A stretch of 64,000 nucleotides of DNA from Chiloscyllium plagiosum (lineage: Eukaryota): contig NC_057750.1 in NCBI RefSeq assembly GCF_004010195.1, positions 9,496,062-9,560,061 of the forward strand, in the 5' to 3' direction. The translations under genes and the position numbers were made by a program. Numbering within the stretch: the stretch's first letter is position 1; the number at the start of each line of letters is the position of its first letter. The notes below the pieces were generated by a model. That model did no database searches, had not been told where the DNA came from, and was given only the letters and a program-made list of their open reading frames with translations. This document shows positions 23,893-36,849 of the stretch, piece by piece.

Positions 23893-24072
23893 AGATAAAA
23901 ACGAGGTCTGCAGATGCTGGAAACCAGAGTCTAGATCAGGGTGGTGCTGGAAAAGCACAGCTGCATCTGAGGAGCAGGAAAATCGACATTTCAGTACTGA
24001 GCTGGAAGGTTGGAGCTGGGGTGAGGTGGGGGAAGGGGAAATGAGGAAACTGGTGAAATCCACATTGATGCC
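23893..24072 (-). mobile_element. Penelope-type family B fragment
   Basis: TSD attataatctaca (23880-23892, 24073-24085). Confidence 0.75.
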
Positions 24073-24529
24073 ATTATAATCTACAGTCCAGCGTTTATTG
24101 CAAAGGGGCTCAGGTGTAGGCCAGACTGGGTAAGGACGGCAGATTTCCCTTCATAAAGGACTTTAGTGAACGAGATAGATTTTTATGACAAGCAACAGTG
24201 GTTACACTTTTGGTGATTAATCTCTTCAGAGCAGATTTTGATCAAATTCACATTTCAACATCTGAGCCAATGTTCCCAGGGGAGTCAGACCGAAAGGTCT
24301 GTTTCCGTAAAGTATATCTCTATGACTCTATGTCCTATCATTTAATTGGAAGCACACACAGACGTGACTGTCCAGTGAAACATTGCTGGAACTGACAGGA
24401 CATAATGAGTTACCCTGAATTGGGGGAGAATGCAGGATTGACATCAATATGTTTGGGGGGGGGGGGGGGTGGAGATTCCAGCCCATGATCTAATCTCTGA
24501 CAGAAAAGTAGAGTCTTTTTACAAAATTG

Positions 24530-24925
24530 TCACCTCAGCCACCACTTTCAGCATTCTGCATCCATACCCTCCCCCCACACACCAACGCTCAGTGTGTACC
24601 ATCTACAAGATGCACTGCAGCAACTCAGCAAGGCTCCTTCAACAGTATTTTGCACAACCACAGCCATGTAGAAGGACAAGGGCAGCAGATACATGGGAAC
24701 ACCACCTCCTGCACATTCCCCTCCAAGCCACTCACCATCCCGACTTGGAAATATACCGCTGTTGCTTCAGCGTTGCTGGGTACAACATCCTGGAATCCCC
24801 TCCCTACCACCACTGTATCTATACCCCCCCCCCCAAGGCTCAAGGAGGCAGCTCTTCACCACCTTCCCAAGGGGCAACTAGGGACGGCCAACAAATGCTG
24901 GGCCCAGCCAGCAACATCCACACAA
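24530..24925 (+). mobile_element. 3' end of second CR1/L2-clade family
   Basis: Matches 14090-14500. Confidence 0.75.
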
Positions 24926-25496
24926 TCTATCGACAGAAGAGAACTCCTGCACTGTTCGGGTCCATTCAGGGCCTCCGCAGAGTATTTGACAGCCAGATAA
25001 ATATTAATACTGAAAATCTTAAAACCAGCATGAACGATTTCTTGTAAACAGATGCTTAATCTGTGCAGTTTGTGAAGGGGAATAGTTCTATTTTAAGCCT
25101 TTCCAAAACAAACAGCGAAAAGATGAGAGCCTGTGAGCTTATTTTCATTTCTGTGTTTAAGACGGGTTATTGTCTGAATAATTGTATAGTAATTGCTGTG
25201 CGACTGGGAGGGAAATGCTGGCGTTGACTTCTCAATAATGGCTCATTTGGCTGCCCAGAATGTACTGGCTGGTAACTACGGCGATCTGTTCCAGAGATCT
25301 GAAGCCTGCTCATGTCAAGTCTGAGGCGGCAGCGAGGACAGAGATCCTCTGGGGCTGTTAGGAATCATCACCATTTACTGACCCTTAGAAAAGTGGTGCG
25401 TGATACATGTTCATACATAAAATTGCTTTTAATCCGCTCATGGGATGTGGGCATTGGGGGGAATGAGCCAAATAGGGGTGGCAGAGTGGTTCAGTG

Positions 25497-25734
25497 AGTT
25501 TGGAGAAGATTTGTAGCTCAGTTTGAGGTTCTGGATGTAAGTTTGTTCGCTGAGCTGGAAGGTTCATTTCCAGAGTTTTCATCACCATACGAGGTAACAT
25601 CTTCAGTAATAGAACAAATAGAAAGCAGGACTTATCAGCAGTGCTTTGTCTGAAGGCCCACTGAAGATGTTACCAAATAGGGTGACGAAACGTCTGGAAA
25701 TGAGCCTTCCAGTTCAGCGAGCAAACCTACGGCT
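25497..25734. mobile_element. Penelope family A terminal relic with inverted pseudo-LTR, inserted in an HE1 A box
   Basis: Matches 36690-36849 in both orientations; TSD agagtggttcagtg (25483-25496, 25735-25748). Confidence 0.85.
25652..25709 (+). ncRNA. Type I hammerhead motif with extended bulged stem I
   Basis: gaaggc cca CTGAAGA T GTTACC aaatag GGTGAC GAAAC GTC tgg aaatga gccttc. Confidence 0.8.
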
Positions 25735-25911
25735 AGAGTGGTTCAGTGGTTAGCACCACTGCCTCATGGCACTAAGGACCTGGGTTCAATGCCACCCTTG
25801 GGAGACCGTCTGTGGGGAGTTGACACATTTCGCCCATGTTCGCTCCGGTCTCCTCTCCCACTCCTCTGTCAGGTGGATTGGCCATGTTAAATTGCCCATC
25901 TGGGAACATTC

Positions 25912-26238
25912 AGGGCGGCACGGTGGCACAGTGGTTAGCACTGCTGCCTCACAGCGCCGGGGACCCGGGTTCAATTTCCACCTCAGGCGACTGTCTGTGA
26001 GGAGTTTGCACATTCTTCCTGTGTCTGCGTGGGTTTCCTCCGGGTGCTCCGGTTTCCTCCCACAGTCCAAAGATGTGCAGGTCAGGTCAAATGGCCATGC
26101 TAAATTGCGCGTAGTGTTGTGTGCATTAATCAGGAATGAATGTAGGGGAATGGGTCTGGGTGGGTTACTCTTCAGAGGGTCAGTGTGGACTTGTTGGGCC
26201 AAAGGGCCTGTTTCCACACTGTAGTAAATCTAATCTAA
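25912..26238 (+). mobile_element. HE1 SINE, full length, preceded by a degenerate partial HE1 (25475-25900)
   Basis: A and B boxes, V-domain, tail. Confidence 0.92.
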
Positions 26239-26954
26239 TATGTCGGCCAGACCGAGTAAGGATGACAGATTTCCTTCCTTAAAGGGTATTAGTGACCCAG
26301 GTTTGTCTTAAAAAAAATGACAATTGATGAGTCGTCCCTAATTGCCCATAGGGCAGTTAAGAGTCAACCACATTTCTGTGGGTCTGGAGTCACGTGCAGT
26401 TTCCTTCCCTAAACCAGATGGGGATTTTCCCCCAACAATTAGCAACAGATTCATGGTCATCATTAAACTCTTAATTCCAGATTTTTATTGAATTTATATT
26501 CCACGGTCTGCTGTGAAAGTAGAATGTGTGGGTAAGCAACTGTGGAAAAGTCTGCGTTTTGACCCGATTGAGATAATACAGAATATCTTCCGGGGGATGT
26601 TAGTCTTTAGAATATTTATTTATTTGTGCTGTACTTGAGTTCATTCCACAGGCTGTGTGGGCTGCACATGAAATGCCGCAGTATTTGGCGCATTTCTTCC
26701 GAAGATTGCTGGGGTGGGGGGGTGGTCGATCGAGAGACCAACCGCTATTTTGAGACATTACTGACAGCTGACAAAATGAGGAGGGTCAGGGCAGAAAGTG
26801 CTGGAGAAACCCAGCAGGTCTGGCGATATCTGTCAAAAGAGGAACTAAGTTAACATTCTGAGTCCGGTACAGCTCCGCTTCAGAACTCTAAAGTGTCTTA
26901 AACCCCGGCACATCTCTGTGACACAGTCTGCACTGCCAGTCTGCTCTCCTCCCC

Positions 26955-27710
26955 GAGTCATGTCACGGAGTCCCAAGCCAATCTAGTCCCATTCACCAGC
27001 ACTTGGCCCATATCCCTCTAAATCCTTCCTATTCATGTATCCATCCAGATGCCTTTTAAATGCTGTACATAGAACATAGAACAATACAGCACAGAACAGG
27101 CCCTTCGGCCCACGATGTTGTGCCGAACATTTGTCCTAGCTTAAGCACCCATCCATGTACCTAGTACTACCTATTCTCCATTCCAGGCAACATCCTGGTA
27201 AATCTTCTTTGCATCCTCTCCAAAGCTTCCACATCTTTCCTAAAGTGAGGCGGCCAGAACTGCACACAGTACTCCAAATGTGGCCTAACTAAGGTCCTGT
27301 ACAGCTGCAACATCACCTCACGACTCTTGAATTCAATCCCTCTGCTAATGAATGCTAATACACCATAGGCCTTCCTGTAATTGTACCAGCCTCCACCACT
27401 TCCTCAGGCAGCTCATTTCATACATGCGCCACTCTGAAAAAGTTGCCCCTTAGGTCCCTTTTAAATCTTTGCCCTCTCACCCTAAACCTATGCCCTCTAG
27501 TTCTGGACTCCCCGACCCCAGGGAAAAGACTTTGTCTGTTTATCCTATCCATGCCCCTCATGATTTTATAAACCTCAGCCTCCGACACTCCAGGGAAAAC
27601 AGCCCCAGCTTATTCAACCTCTCCCTGTAGTTCAAACCCTCCAACCCTGGCAGCATCCTTGTAAATCTTTTCTGCACCCTTTCAAGTTTCACAACATCTT
27701 TCCTAGCAAT
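26955..27710 (-). mobile_element. Nested CR1/HER1 3' fragments
   Basis: Antisense CR1 ORF2 C-terminus with a second fragment ((catagaa)n tail) inserted at ~27068-27376. Confidence 0.8.
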
Positions 27711-28094
27711 CCCAGCTTGTAGCTATTTAGGCCACAACACTTCAAGCATATACGCGTGCACATATTAAATGTTGTGTGGGTTTCTCTCTCCAGCAGCCTT
27801 TGAGGTAATGACTTCCAGATGCTCGTAAAATATTTCTCCTTGAATTCCCATTAAACCAGTGATTTCCCAACTGTGGGTAGTTAACTCACCACCTTCCATT
27901 GAGTGTGGGCTACAAGACAAGTCATGGGCACTGAGGTAGCCATACAAGGAGCTCCAACCCACACCAGAGAGTCAAGATGCCTTTAATACCTTGTATTGAT
28001 TTTCATGCCTTTATTCATTGACAGGATGAAGACGTTGTTGGCCAAGCAGCATTTATTGCCAAAGGGCTATTTAAGAGTCAACCATGTGTTGTGG

Positions 28095-28625
28095 CTGTAC
28101 AGGACATTGGTTTGGCTACTTTTGGAATATTGCGTGCAATTCTGATCTCCCTCCTATCGGAATGATGTTGTGAAACTTGAAAGGGTTCAGAAAAAATTTA
28201 CAAAGATGTTGCCAGGTTTGGAGGATTTCAGCTACAGGGAGCCTGGGGCTGTTTTCCCTGGAGCATCATAGGCTGAGGGGTGACCTTACAGAGGTTTACA
28301 AGATCATGAGGGGCGTAGCTAGAGTGTATGGACAAGGTCTTTTCCCTGGGGTGAGGGAGTCCAGGGCATAGGTTTAGGGTGAGAGGGGAAAGATATAAAA
28401 GGGACCTAAGGGGTAACTTTTTCACACAGAGAGTGGAATGAGCTGTCAGAGGAAGAGGTGGAGGCTGGTACAATTGCAACATTGAAAAGGTATCTGGATG
28501 GGTATGTGAATAGGAAGGGTTTGGAGGGATATGGGCTGGCAGGTGGGACTAATTTGGGTTGTGATATCTGGGCAGCATGGACAAGTTGGACCGAAGGGTC
28601 TGTTTCTATGCTGTTCATCTCTATG
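28095..28625 (+). mobile_element. CR1/HER1 3' fragment
   Basis: LGLFSLEHHRLRGDLTEVYKIMRG. Confidence 0.85.
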
Positions 28626-29405
28626 ACGTTGCTCTGGGTCTGGAGTCACGTGTAGGCCAGACCAGGTAAGGACAGCAGTTTCCTTCCCTAAAGGGCATTA
28701 GTGACCCAGATGGGTTCTTTACCCACCTGACAACCAATTCATGGTCATCATTAGGAGTTTTAATTCCAGCTTTTTATTGAATTCAAATTTCACCATCTCC
28801 CGTGCACAGGATTCCAACCTGGGTCCCTTGAATGCTGCCAGGGTCTCTGGGTTAACAGTCCAGCGACAATACCACTCCCCCATTGCCTCCCCCGACAAAT
28901 CTGTGAGGCCTGAACCCTGTGACAAAAATGTCACTGATGAGATACTTCCTCCAAAAGTCTGAAGACAAAACACTTCACCTTCCCTACTCCAGTCACATAG
29001 TTCCCCACTTTCCTGTAATTTATTCACGGGATTATGGGGGTCACTGGCTAGATCAGTATTGTTTGCCCATCCTTAGTTGCCCTTCAGGGGTTGGGGGTGA
29101 GATGCCCACACCCTAAGCAACTCACCACCCACTCCCACCCCCACTCACACCTCTCCATGTCCCACTGTTCTCACTGTGGGGGGGTCACAGCATTTTCACT
29201 GTTGTGGGGGGGGGGGGGGGGGCACAGCATTTTCAAGCCTTCAAAGGGGCTAACAGTGGGAGCAGATTTGGGGAACACTGCTTTAAACCTCTTACCTTTT
29301 ACCCTAAATCTACACTCTCTTGGTTGAAGATCCTCTCCCCTTTGGCTGTTGTGATATCACTTTATGAGAGAACATACTAAAGAGTAGAACCATACGATAT
29401 AGGAG

Positions 29406-29630
29406 TCGAGAGTGTGGCGCTGGAAAAGCCCAGCCGGTCAGGCAGCTTCTGATGAGGAGGAGAATCGACGTTTTGGGCAAGAGCCCTTCATCAGGAATGA
29501 CCTGAGGAAGGGCTTTTGCCTGAAACGTCGCTTCTCCTCCTCCTTGGATGCTGCCTGATCGGCTGTGCTTTTCCAGCGCCACACTCTCCACTCTGACCTC
29601 CAGCATCTGCAGACCTCACTTTCTCCACAA
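29406..29630. mobile_element. Fold-back family B element with two divergent hammerhead cores
   Basis: TSD gatataggag (29396-29405, 29631-29640); plus core CTGAGGAAGGGCTTTTGCCTGAAACGTC at 29502-29529; minus core has GAAA>AAAA. Confidence 0.88.
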
Positions 29631-29995
29631 GATATAGGAGCAGAAATCAGCTATTCGGCCCATTGAGTCAGCACTGCCAGTCGATCATGGCTGATATGTT
29701 TTTCTCAATCCCGTATACTCCTGCCTTCTTCAGTAACCTTTGAACCTCTGACGAATCAAGAACCTATCCATCTCCATCTTAAGTACACTCCAGGACCTGG
29801 CCTCCACAGCCTTCTGCGGCAACAAGATTCCCCACTCTCTGGCTGAAGAAATTCCTCCTCATCTCAGCCCTGAAGGGTCTTCTCTGTACTGTGAGGCTAC
29901 ACCCTCGAGCCCCAGTCTCTCCTGCTATTGAAAACACCTTATCCACCTCCACTCTATCCAGGCCTCAGTATTCTGTGGGTTCCAATCAGATTCAC
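29631..29995 (-). mobile_element. CR1 3' end fragment
   Basis: Same family as 35160-35660 and 54937-55470. Confidence 0.7.
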
Positions 29996-31353
29996 CCAAC
30001 CCACCAGCCAGTAAATAAGCAGAATGTGAAGCATATAACTAGCAACTATGATTAATCGATATCCTTTGTGGAGGATGGTAGCTGTATTTTCCTGTTACAG
30101 ACCTTCAAATAAATCATTGTTATATCTACTTAACAGTTCCGGTGTGAGATTGGTAAATTTGTATAATCTAAACATAAAATCAGAATGGGGCATTTTCAGA
30201 AATGAATGTTCTTGTCATTGTTCAGTTTCTTTTTCTGCTTCACACAACCGCTCTCAGATTTGTTGCGGAGACCCACTTCTGCACTCTAAATGCCTCAGGG
30301 TGTTCAATCTGCTGAGCCCTCGTTATTTTTGCCCTCCATCTGCTTGCCTGTGATATCTGAGAATGGGAGGGCTCATCATTTTAATAGAGGGCATCCACTA
30401 CAGCAATGAATTCTGGGATAGCGCTACCTCCATCATGTCCTCCCACTCAGCTGTGAAAGCAATATTGGACATTACCAGGACAATCCGTACAAATCATAAA
30501 TTTGAGGTTGCAGGAATTCACTATCCTTCTCGAACATGATATATGGCCCTGGCTGAGATATGTAGTTTGACAACAATAACTTACCAATCCCACAAATATT
30601 TACGAGTATATTTTTCAAAAACGTCACATTTCCCAATGGTTGTATAATCATATTGAGAAGATTTATGGACCTCTTTATAATATAAAAGTTATTGGTCTCC
30701 TGGTATAATTATTTACAGAGAGAATGTGATATGAGAAGATGATTCACTCTGTAAATATAGCTCAACATCTTCCCTAACAAAATTAATTTCCAACGCGCAA
30801 AAAAGCTTTATTGATGGTAACATGAAGAGTGTGGGTCAACTTGGAAAATTCCACTCTCACTAGGACGACATTTAAGAAAACAATGGTTTCTCACTCATTT
30901 TAACTTTTCATCTTCCCTTCCTGTATTTCTGCCCCGTCTTATTTCTCATCCCAGACGTGTCCTCTGCAGGCTAATATTCAAACATACACCATCAACAGCC
31001 AGCCCCTCCTCACCATCAGCTCTGTCGCCTCCTCCGCTGTGATTAAACTGTCAAGCTGCTATCTTGCTCCCCAGTGTAAAAGTTTCCTCTGATTAAATAT
31101 CGGGAAGCCATTGCTTTTGGTCCCAGTTCCATATCCCATTCCTGAACTCCTGACACTGTCTCTCTCCCTGGAAATGGCATGAGATTGGTCCCAACCTCAG
31201 TGTCACATCTTAATGTCACAATCAACCTCACCAGCACTGCCTTTTCATAGAACATTACAGCGCAGTACAGGCCCTTCGGCCCTCGATGTTGCCCCGACCT
31301 GTGAAACCAATCTGAAGCCCATCTAACCGACACTATTCCATTCTCATCCATAT

Positions 31354-31562
31354 TGACAGTGTGTTGCTGGAAAAGCACAGCAGGTCAGGCAGCATCCGAG
31401 GAGCAGGAGGATCGATGTTTTGGGTGACAGCCCTTCATCAGGAATCAAGCGCTGGCCCGAAACGTCGATTCTCCTGCTCCTCGGTTGCTACCTGACCTCC
31501 TGTGCTTTTCCAGCAACACGCTCTCGACTCTGATCGCCAGCATCTGCAGACCTCACTGTCTC
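31354..31562. mobile_element. Fold-back family B element within a CR1 tail
   Basis: TSD ccatt(c/t)tcatccatat (31338-31353, 31563-31578); core degenerate. Confidence 0.85.
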
Positions 31563-33009
31563 CCATTTTCATCCATATGTCTATCCCATGACCATTTAAA
31601 TGCCTTTAAAATTGGCGAGTCTACTATTGTTGCCGACAAGGTGTCCCATGCCCTTACCACTGTCATGCTTCACCTTCATAACATCAGCCTACTACGCTAT
31701 CCACTGTCAAAGCCTCATCCGTTGAAACCTCCGTTACTTCAACACACACTTGCAAGGTCCACCGTCTTTGACCAATGCTATCTGCCTTTGAACAATCTTA
31801 TTCCTTTCCCTGCATGCGCTGGCTTCCAAATCCCCTCTGAGCTCAAGTGCCCGACCCCAGTAATGTACAGCTCCACCACCACCCTGGTACCCATCAGCCG
31901 AGCATTTCTGTGAGGGTTCCAAGGGGTATGTCAGAGCCCGATGCCCAGGGCCCAGGGCTGTAAGGGGTGCCAGTGTGCTCAGGTCAGGAGTTGGAGGGGG
32001 CATTGCCTGGGGAGCACTGAGACCTGAGACTTCTCTCCCTATCTGCCTCATCCTCGCTATCCAATTGTAGAGAGACACCCACCTCCCCATTCCCATTCCT
32101 CTCTTCCCTGCTGCCCTCACCCCCATCACACCTTTCCCTCGTTCTTCCCCATTCGCCAGGTGGTCCCCACACTTCCTCAGCTATCCTTTTGCATTCCTTC
32201 CTTCCCGCCCTACCTTTCTCACCCCCATCTCTACCCCGCACCCTCTCCCAATCTGCCTGGAGCTATGCTGTAGGCCTCAGGAGAATGGATGTTGGGATAA
32301 CGTGCATGGCTGTGATCAGGTGATCTGTTGGATTGGAAGACGAGAAGCGAAGGAGGACATTCAGCCCGCCCACCCCATTCTGTTCAGCGATTCAGTTCGA
32401 CCTTCCCTTGACTCCATTGATCCTCCCCGGCTCTACTCGAACAAGTAGAGCCTTCTTCTGTTTTGAAATTTCTCCCAGCACGGCTTCGAAGGAAACGAAC
32501 CCAGATTTGAGCTTCTGTTTATACCGAGGCGTTTGCCCTCGAAATGACCTTGGTCTGACTTTAAACTTATGGTCCTGGTCTCCCCTCCCCCCACCACATG
32601 ATCCAGTCTTGGGACATCTCCCCTATCCAGTGCTCATTGACACGTGCATTTGCATAGCGCCTGATAATATCGCACAGTCTTTGACAGCCAATGAAGTACT
32701 AAAGGACAAAGAATAGAACAGCACAGCAACAGGCCCTTCAGCCCACCTAGCCTGTGTTGGCACATGACACCTTTCCATACTAAAAATCTATTGCATCTAT
32801 GCGGTTCGTATCCCTCTATTCATTGATCTGTCACAATTTCTCTTCAACATTTCTTCTGCCACCTCCCCTGGAAGCACATTCCAGGCATCCACTATCCTCT
32901 GTGCAAAACATCTTGCCTCTCACATCTCCTTTAAACTTTGCCCCTTTTACCTTAAACCTATGCCCCCTCATCATTGACATTCCTACTCAAGGAAAAAGAT
33001 TCTAACAAT

Positions 33010-33300
33010 GGGGTAGCTCAGTGGTTAGCACTGCTGCCTCACAGCGCCAGGGACTCGGGTTCAATTCCATCCTCAGGTGACTGTCTGTGTGGAGTTTGCA
33101 TGTTCTCCCTTAGTCTGTGTGTGTTTTTTCTCCTATGGTCCAAAGATGTGCAGTTTAAGTGGATTGGCCAAGCTTAATTGCCCATAGCGTGCAGGCCAGG
33201 TGGATTAGCCATGAGAAATGCAGGGTTATAGGATGGGAAGTGCTCTTTGGAGGGGTCGGTATAGGCTGAATGGTCTGCTTCCACACTGCAGGGATTATAT
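33010..33300 (+). mobile_element. HE1 SINE, diverged, within a CR1 relic (32710-33460, minus)
   Basis: A and B boxes, V-domain. Confidence 0.85.
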
Positions 33301-33530
33301 CATGCCTCTCACAATTTTTGCAAATCACTACCACTTCGCCCCCTCAGTCTCCAACGTCCAAGTGAAAGCAAGCCGAGTTTATCCGATCTCTCCTGAATAC
33401 CCTCCAAACCAGGCAACATCCTGGTAAACCATTTCTGTCCCAACTCCGCATCCTGTTGTAATGCAGGAAACACAGCAGCTCAATTGACACACGGCAAGCT
33501 CTTCTTAATAGCAACACAATAGTGACTAGC

Positions 33531-33686
33531 GTGGTGCTGGAAAAGCACAGCCGGTCCCAATGAAGAGCTTATGCTCGAAACGTTGACTCTCCTGCTCCTC
33601 AGACGCTGCCTGACCGGCTGTGCTTTGAAGCAGCACACTTTTTGACTCTGATCTCCAGCATCTGCAGTCCTTACTTTCTCCTACAG
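33531..33686. mobile_element. Family B element with short fold-back
   Basis: TSD aatagtgactagc (33518-33530, 33687-33699). Confidence 0.85.
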
Positions 33687-33791
33687 AATAGTGACTAGCT
33701 AGTCTGGTTTCGGGATGTTGACTGTGAGATAAAAATTTGTCAGGACACCAAAGATAACTATTGCTCTTCAAAATAGTGCCAAAGGATTTTT

Positions 33792-34058
33792 TTTACAAAC
33801 CACCCCCACCCCCGATTAAAGTAATGGGACTTTACTTTGACATCTGACAGCCAGCACTCTTAACAGTACTCTCCCACTCTCTCTCTCTCTCTCTAATGGA
33901 GTGTCAATTTCAATTTGAGAGTGTTTACAAACCACCCCCACCCCCGATTAATGTAATGGGACTTTACTTTGACATCTGACAGCCAGCACTCTTAACAGTG
34001 CTCTCCCACTCTCTCTCTCTCTCTCTCTAATGGAGTGTCAATTTCAATTTGAGAGTGT
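33792..34058. repeat. ~132-bp tandem duplication
   Basis: tttacaaaccacccccacc...ttcaatttgagagtgt twice. Confidence 0.9.
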
Positions 34059-34255
34059 GGCGCTGGAAAAGCACAGCAGGTCAGGCAGCATCCGAGGAGC
34101 AGGAGAATCGATGTTTGGGGCATAAGCCCTTCATCAGGAATTATGCCCGAAACGTTAAGTCTCCTGCTCCTCGGATGCTGCCTGACCTGCTGTGCTTTTC
34201 CAGCATCACACTCTCGTCTCTGATCTCCAGCATCTGCAGTCCTCACTTTTTCCCC
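34049..34255. mobile_element. Fold-back family B element
   Basis: TSD gtca(a/g)tttcaat (34037-34048, 34256-34267). Confidence 0.85.
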
Positions 34256-34929
34256 GTCAGTTTCAATGCTGCTCAAATCCTGGAGTGGGATTAGGAATCT
34301 ACGAGCTGACAACTCAAACATAAGTCTGCTATTAATCAAGTCAACATAAGGAAAACAAAGAATTGCCATTATTAATTAATCAAATGCATTCCATGTACTT
34401 TGAAACGTCCACATTTTTGAGCCACCATTAGTAGAAATGGCATTTCTTTTTTAAGTGAAGCAGGAAGCATGTACAAACGGGTTTCTTTGAGGTTCCAATG
34501 ATTAATTAATCTCTAGTTGTGATTTTAAAGAAAAGAAAACAGAGTTTGGGCTGTCTGAACACTGATCTCATTGCTGGGAAGTTTCAAAAATCTGCAGGAC
34601 AATTTCAAACTTTTGTCACAAAGTGTTCCCTTTGGAATTAAAGTATCACTTGGGAATGCGTCTATTTAAAATCTGATCTTCCCTGAGCATTGCCAACGTG
34701 GTTAAGCGAGTCATGGGGACTCGATGGCACAGTACCAGTTCCAAGCCTGTGTCTCATTTCCTAGCTTTGCTGTCTTTAACAAACTCCCAACCAATGAGCA
34801 GGCGGTGAGGATTGTGTGTTGTTTCCACTGGTGTTGCAATATTTGCTGAAAAGTTGAAGGAGTCGGTGTCTTCACACTGCGAAAGCCAGGAGTGAGTGAA
34901 AACAAAGAAATTGTCCTGGCAGATCAGTG

Positions 34930-35015
34930 CCAAGTTGGCCTCAGTTGCTCAGTAGACACCCCTGCCTGGTACTGAGGGAGTGCTGCACTGTTGGCAGTGC
35001 CATATTCTGGGTGAA
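34930..35015 (+). mobile_element. Deu-domain SINE fragment (SacSINE1/AmnSINE1-like)
   Basis: gtactgagggagtgctgcactgttggcagtgcc resembles the Deu core as I recall it; antisense relic near 38500-38550. Confidence 0.5.
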
Positions 35016-35664
35016 GGGAATTGGTTAGCATCAGGAACTGGTTTGTGATGCCAACAGTGTGGCACCAGCTGAGGTTACTATGAAAGACTCTCCTTCTCAA
35101 CCTCTCCCCTCAACTGAGGCATAATGGGTTAAACCACTACTTCTCTCGAATGAGGGAACACTAGACATAGGAGCAGAATTAGGCCATTTGGCCCATTGAG
35201 CCTGCTCTGCCATTCAATATGTTTCAATATCATTCTCCTGCCTTCCCCCCCACCCCCCCTCCCCATAACCTTTGATCCCCTTACCAATCCAGAACCTATC
35301 TCTCTCTGTCTTAAATATACTCAATGACTTGGCCTCCACAGCCTTCTGTGACAATGCGTTTTTCCTGCTGAAGAAATTCCTCTTCATGTTGATTCCAAAG
35401 GGTCACCCTTGTCTCTCCTTCTAGTGGGAGCATCTTCTCCATGTCCACTCTGTGCAGGTTTCTCAGCATCCTGCAAGTTTCATTCACATCCTTCTGAACC
35501 CCATTGAGTACAGACCTGGAGCCCCCAAACGCTCCTCACATGATAAGCCCTTCATCCCAGGGATCAGTCTTGTAAAGCTCCTCTGGACTACCCCCCCCCC
35601 CCCCAATGCCAGCACATCCTTCCTTAGATACAGAGCCCAAAACTGCTCATGATATGCCAAATGG

Positions 35665-36849
35665 GATACCCTTACTGGAATAAAATTCGCTAAACAGGAG
35701 GAAAACAACAACAAACTGCCATTCCTGGATGTCACGGTAGAGCGAACAGCCAATGGGGAGCTTCAAACCAGCGTCTACAGGAAAACCACACACACGGACC
35801 AAGTACTGAACTACAGAAGCAATCATCCCAACACCCACAAACGAAGCTGCATCAGAACATTATTTCAACGAGCCAGCACACACTGCAGCACAGAGGAACA
35901 ACGCAGACAGAGGAAAATCACCTATACCGTGTAAACCCAATGGCAAGCAGAATACACAGAAGCAATCATCCCAACATCCACAAATGATGCTGTATTAGAA
36001 CACTATTTCAATGAACCACCACCCACTGCAGCACAGAGGAACTATGAAGAGCAGAGGAAAATCACCTTTCCAGTGTATTTAAAAAGAACGATTACCCAAT
36101 GAACACAGTCCGCCGATTTCTCAGCAACAAACCCAAACACGCAGACAAAACACGTCCAGAAACCCTCGCCACTCTCCCCTACATCAAAGACATCTCGGAA
36201 ATGACTGCCAGACTACTCAGACCCCTTGACATCATGGGAGCCCACAAACCCACCAACATGCTAAAACAGCAGCTAATGAACTTGAAAGACCCTGTACAGA
36301 CAACAAGCAAAACTAATGTCATTTACAAAATATCGTGGAAGGACTGTAACAAACACTACATTGGACAAACAAGCGAAAAGCTAGCCACCAGTATACATGA
36401 ACACCAACTAGCCACAAATCGACATGACCCTCTCTCACTAGTAACCTCACTTACAGATAAGGAAGGACACCACTTCAACTGGGACAACACATCCATCCTA
36501 GGAAAGGCAAACAGAGACACGCATGAGAATTCCTGGAAGCATGGTATTCCAACCAGAACTCTATCAACAAACACATCGAGTTAGACCCCATCTACCAGCT
36601 CCTGAGAAAAACAATGGGAAATGACATCACCACAGGAAATGATGTCACCACAGAAAATGATGTCACCAATCTAAAGAAACCCAAACATATAAATAGAAAG
36701 CAGGAATTTTCAGCCGTGCTTCGCCTGAGGCCCACTGAAGATGTTACCTAGTATGGTGACGAAACATCTGGAAATGAACCTTCCAGCTCAGCGAGCAAAC
36801 CCTCATCCAGAACCTCAACCTGAGCTACAAATCTTCTCAAAACTCGCTA
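35665..36849 (+). mobile_element. 5'-truncated Penelope-like retroelement (RT C-terminus, GIY-YIG endonuclease, pseudo-LTR), disrupted
   Basis: KLPFLDVTVER...VYRKTTHTDQVLNYRSNHP; NVIYKISWKDCNKHYIGQT...EH; stops and frameshifts; TSD atgccaaatgg (35654-35664, 36850-36860) within a CR1 relic. Confidence 0.92.
36726..36783 (+). ncRNA. Hammerhead motif in Penelope pseudo-LTR (GUC>AUC variant)
   Basis: cca CTGAAGA T GTTACC tagtat GGTGAC GAAAC ATC tgg. Confidence 0.7.
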
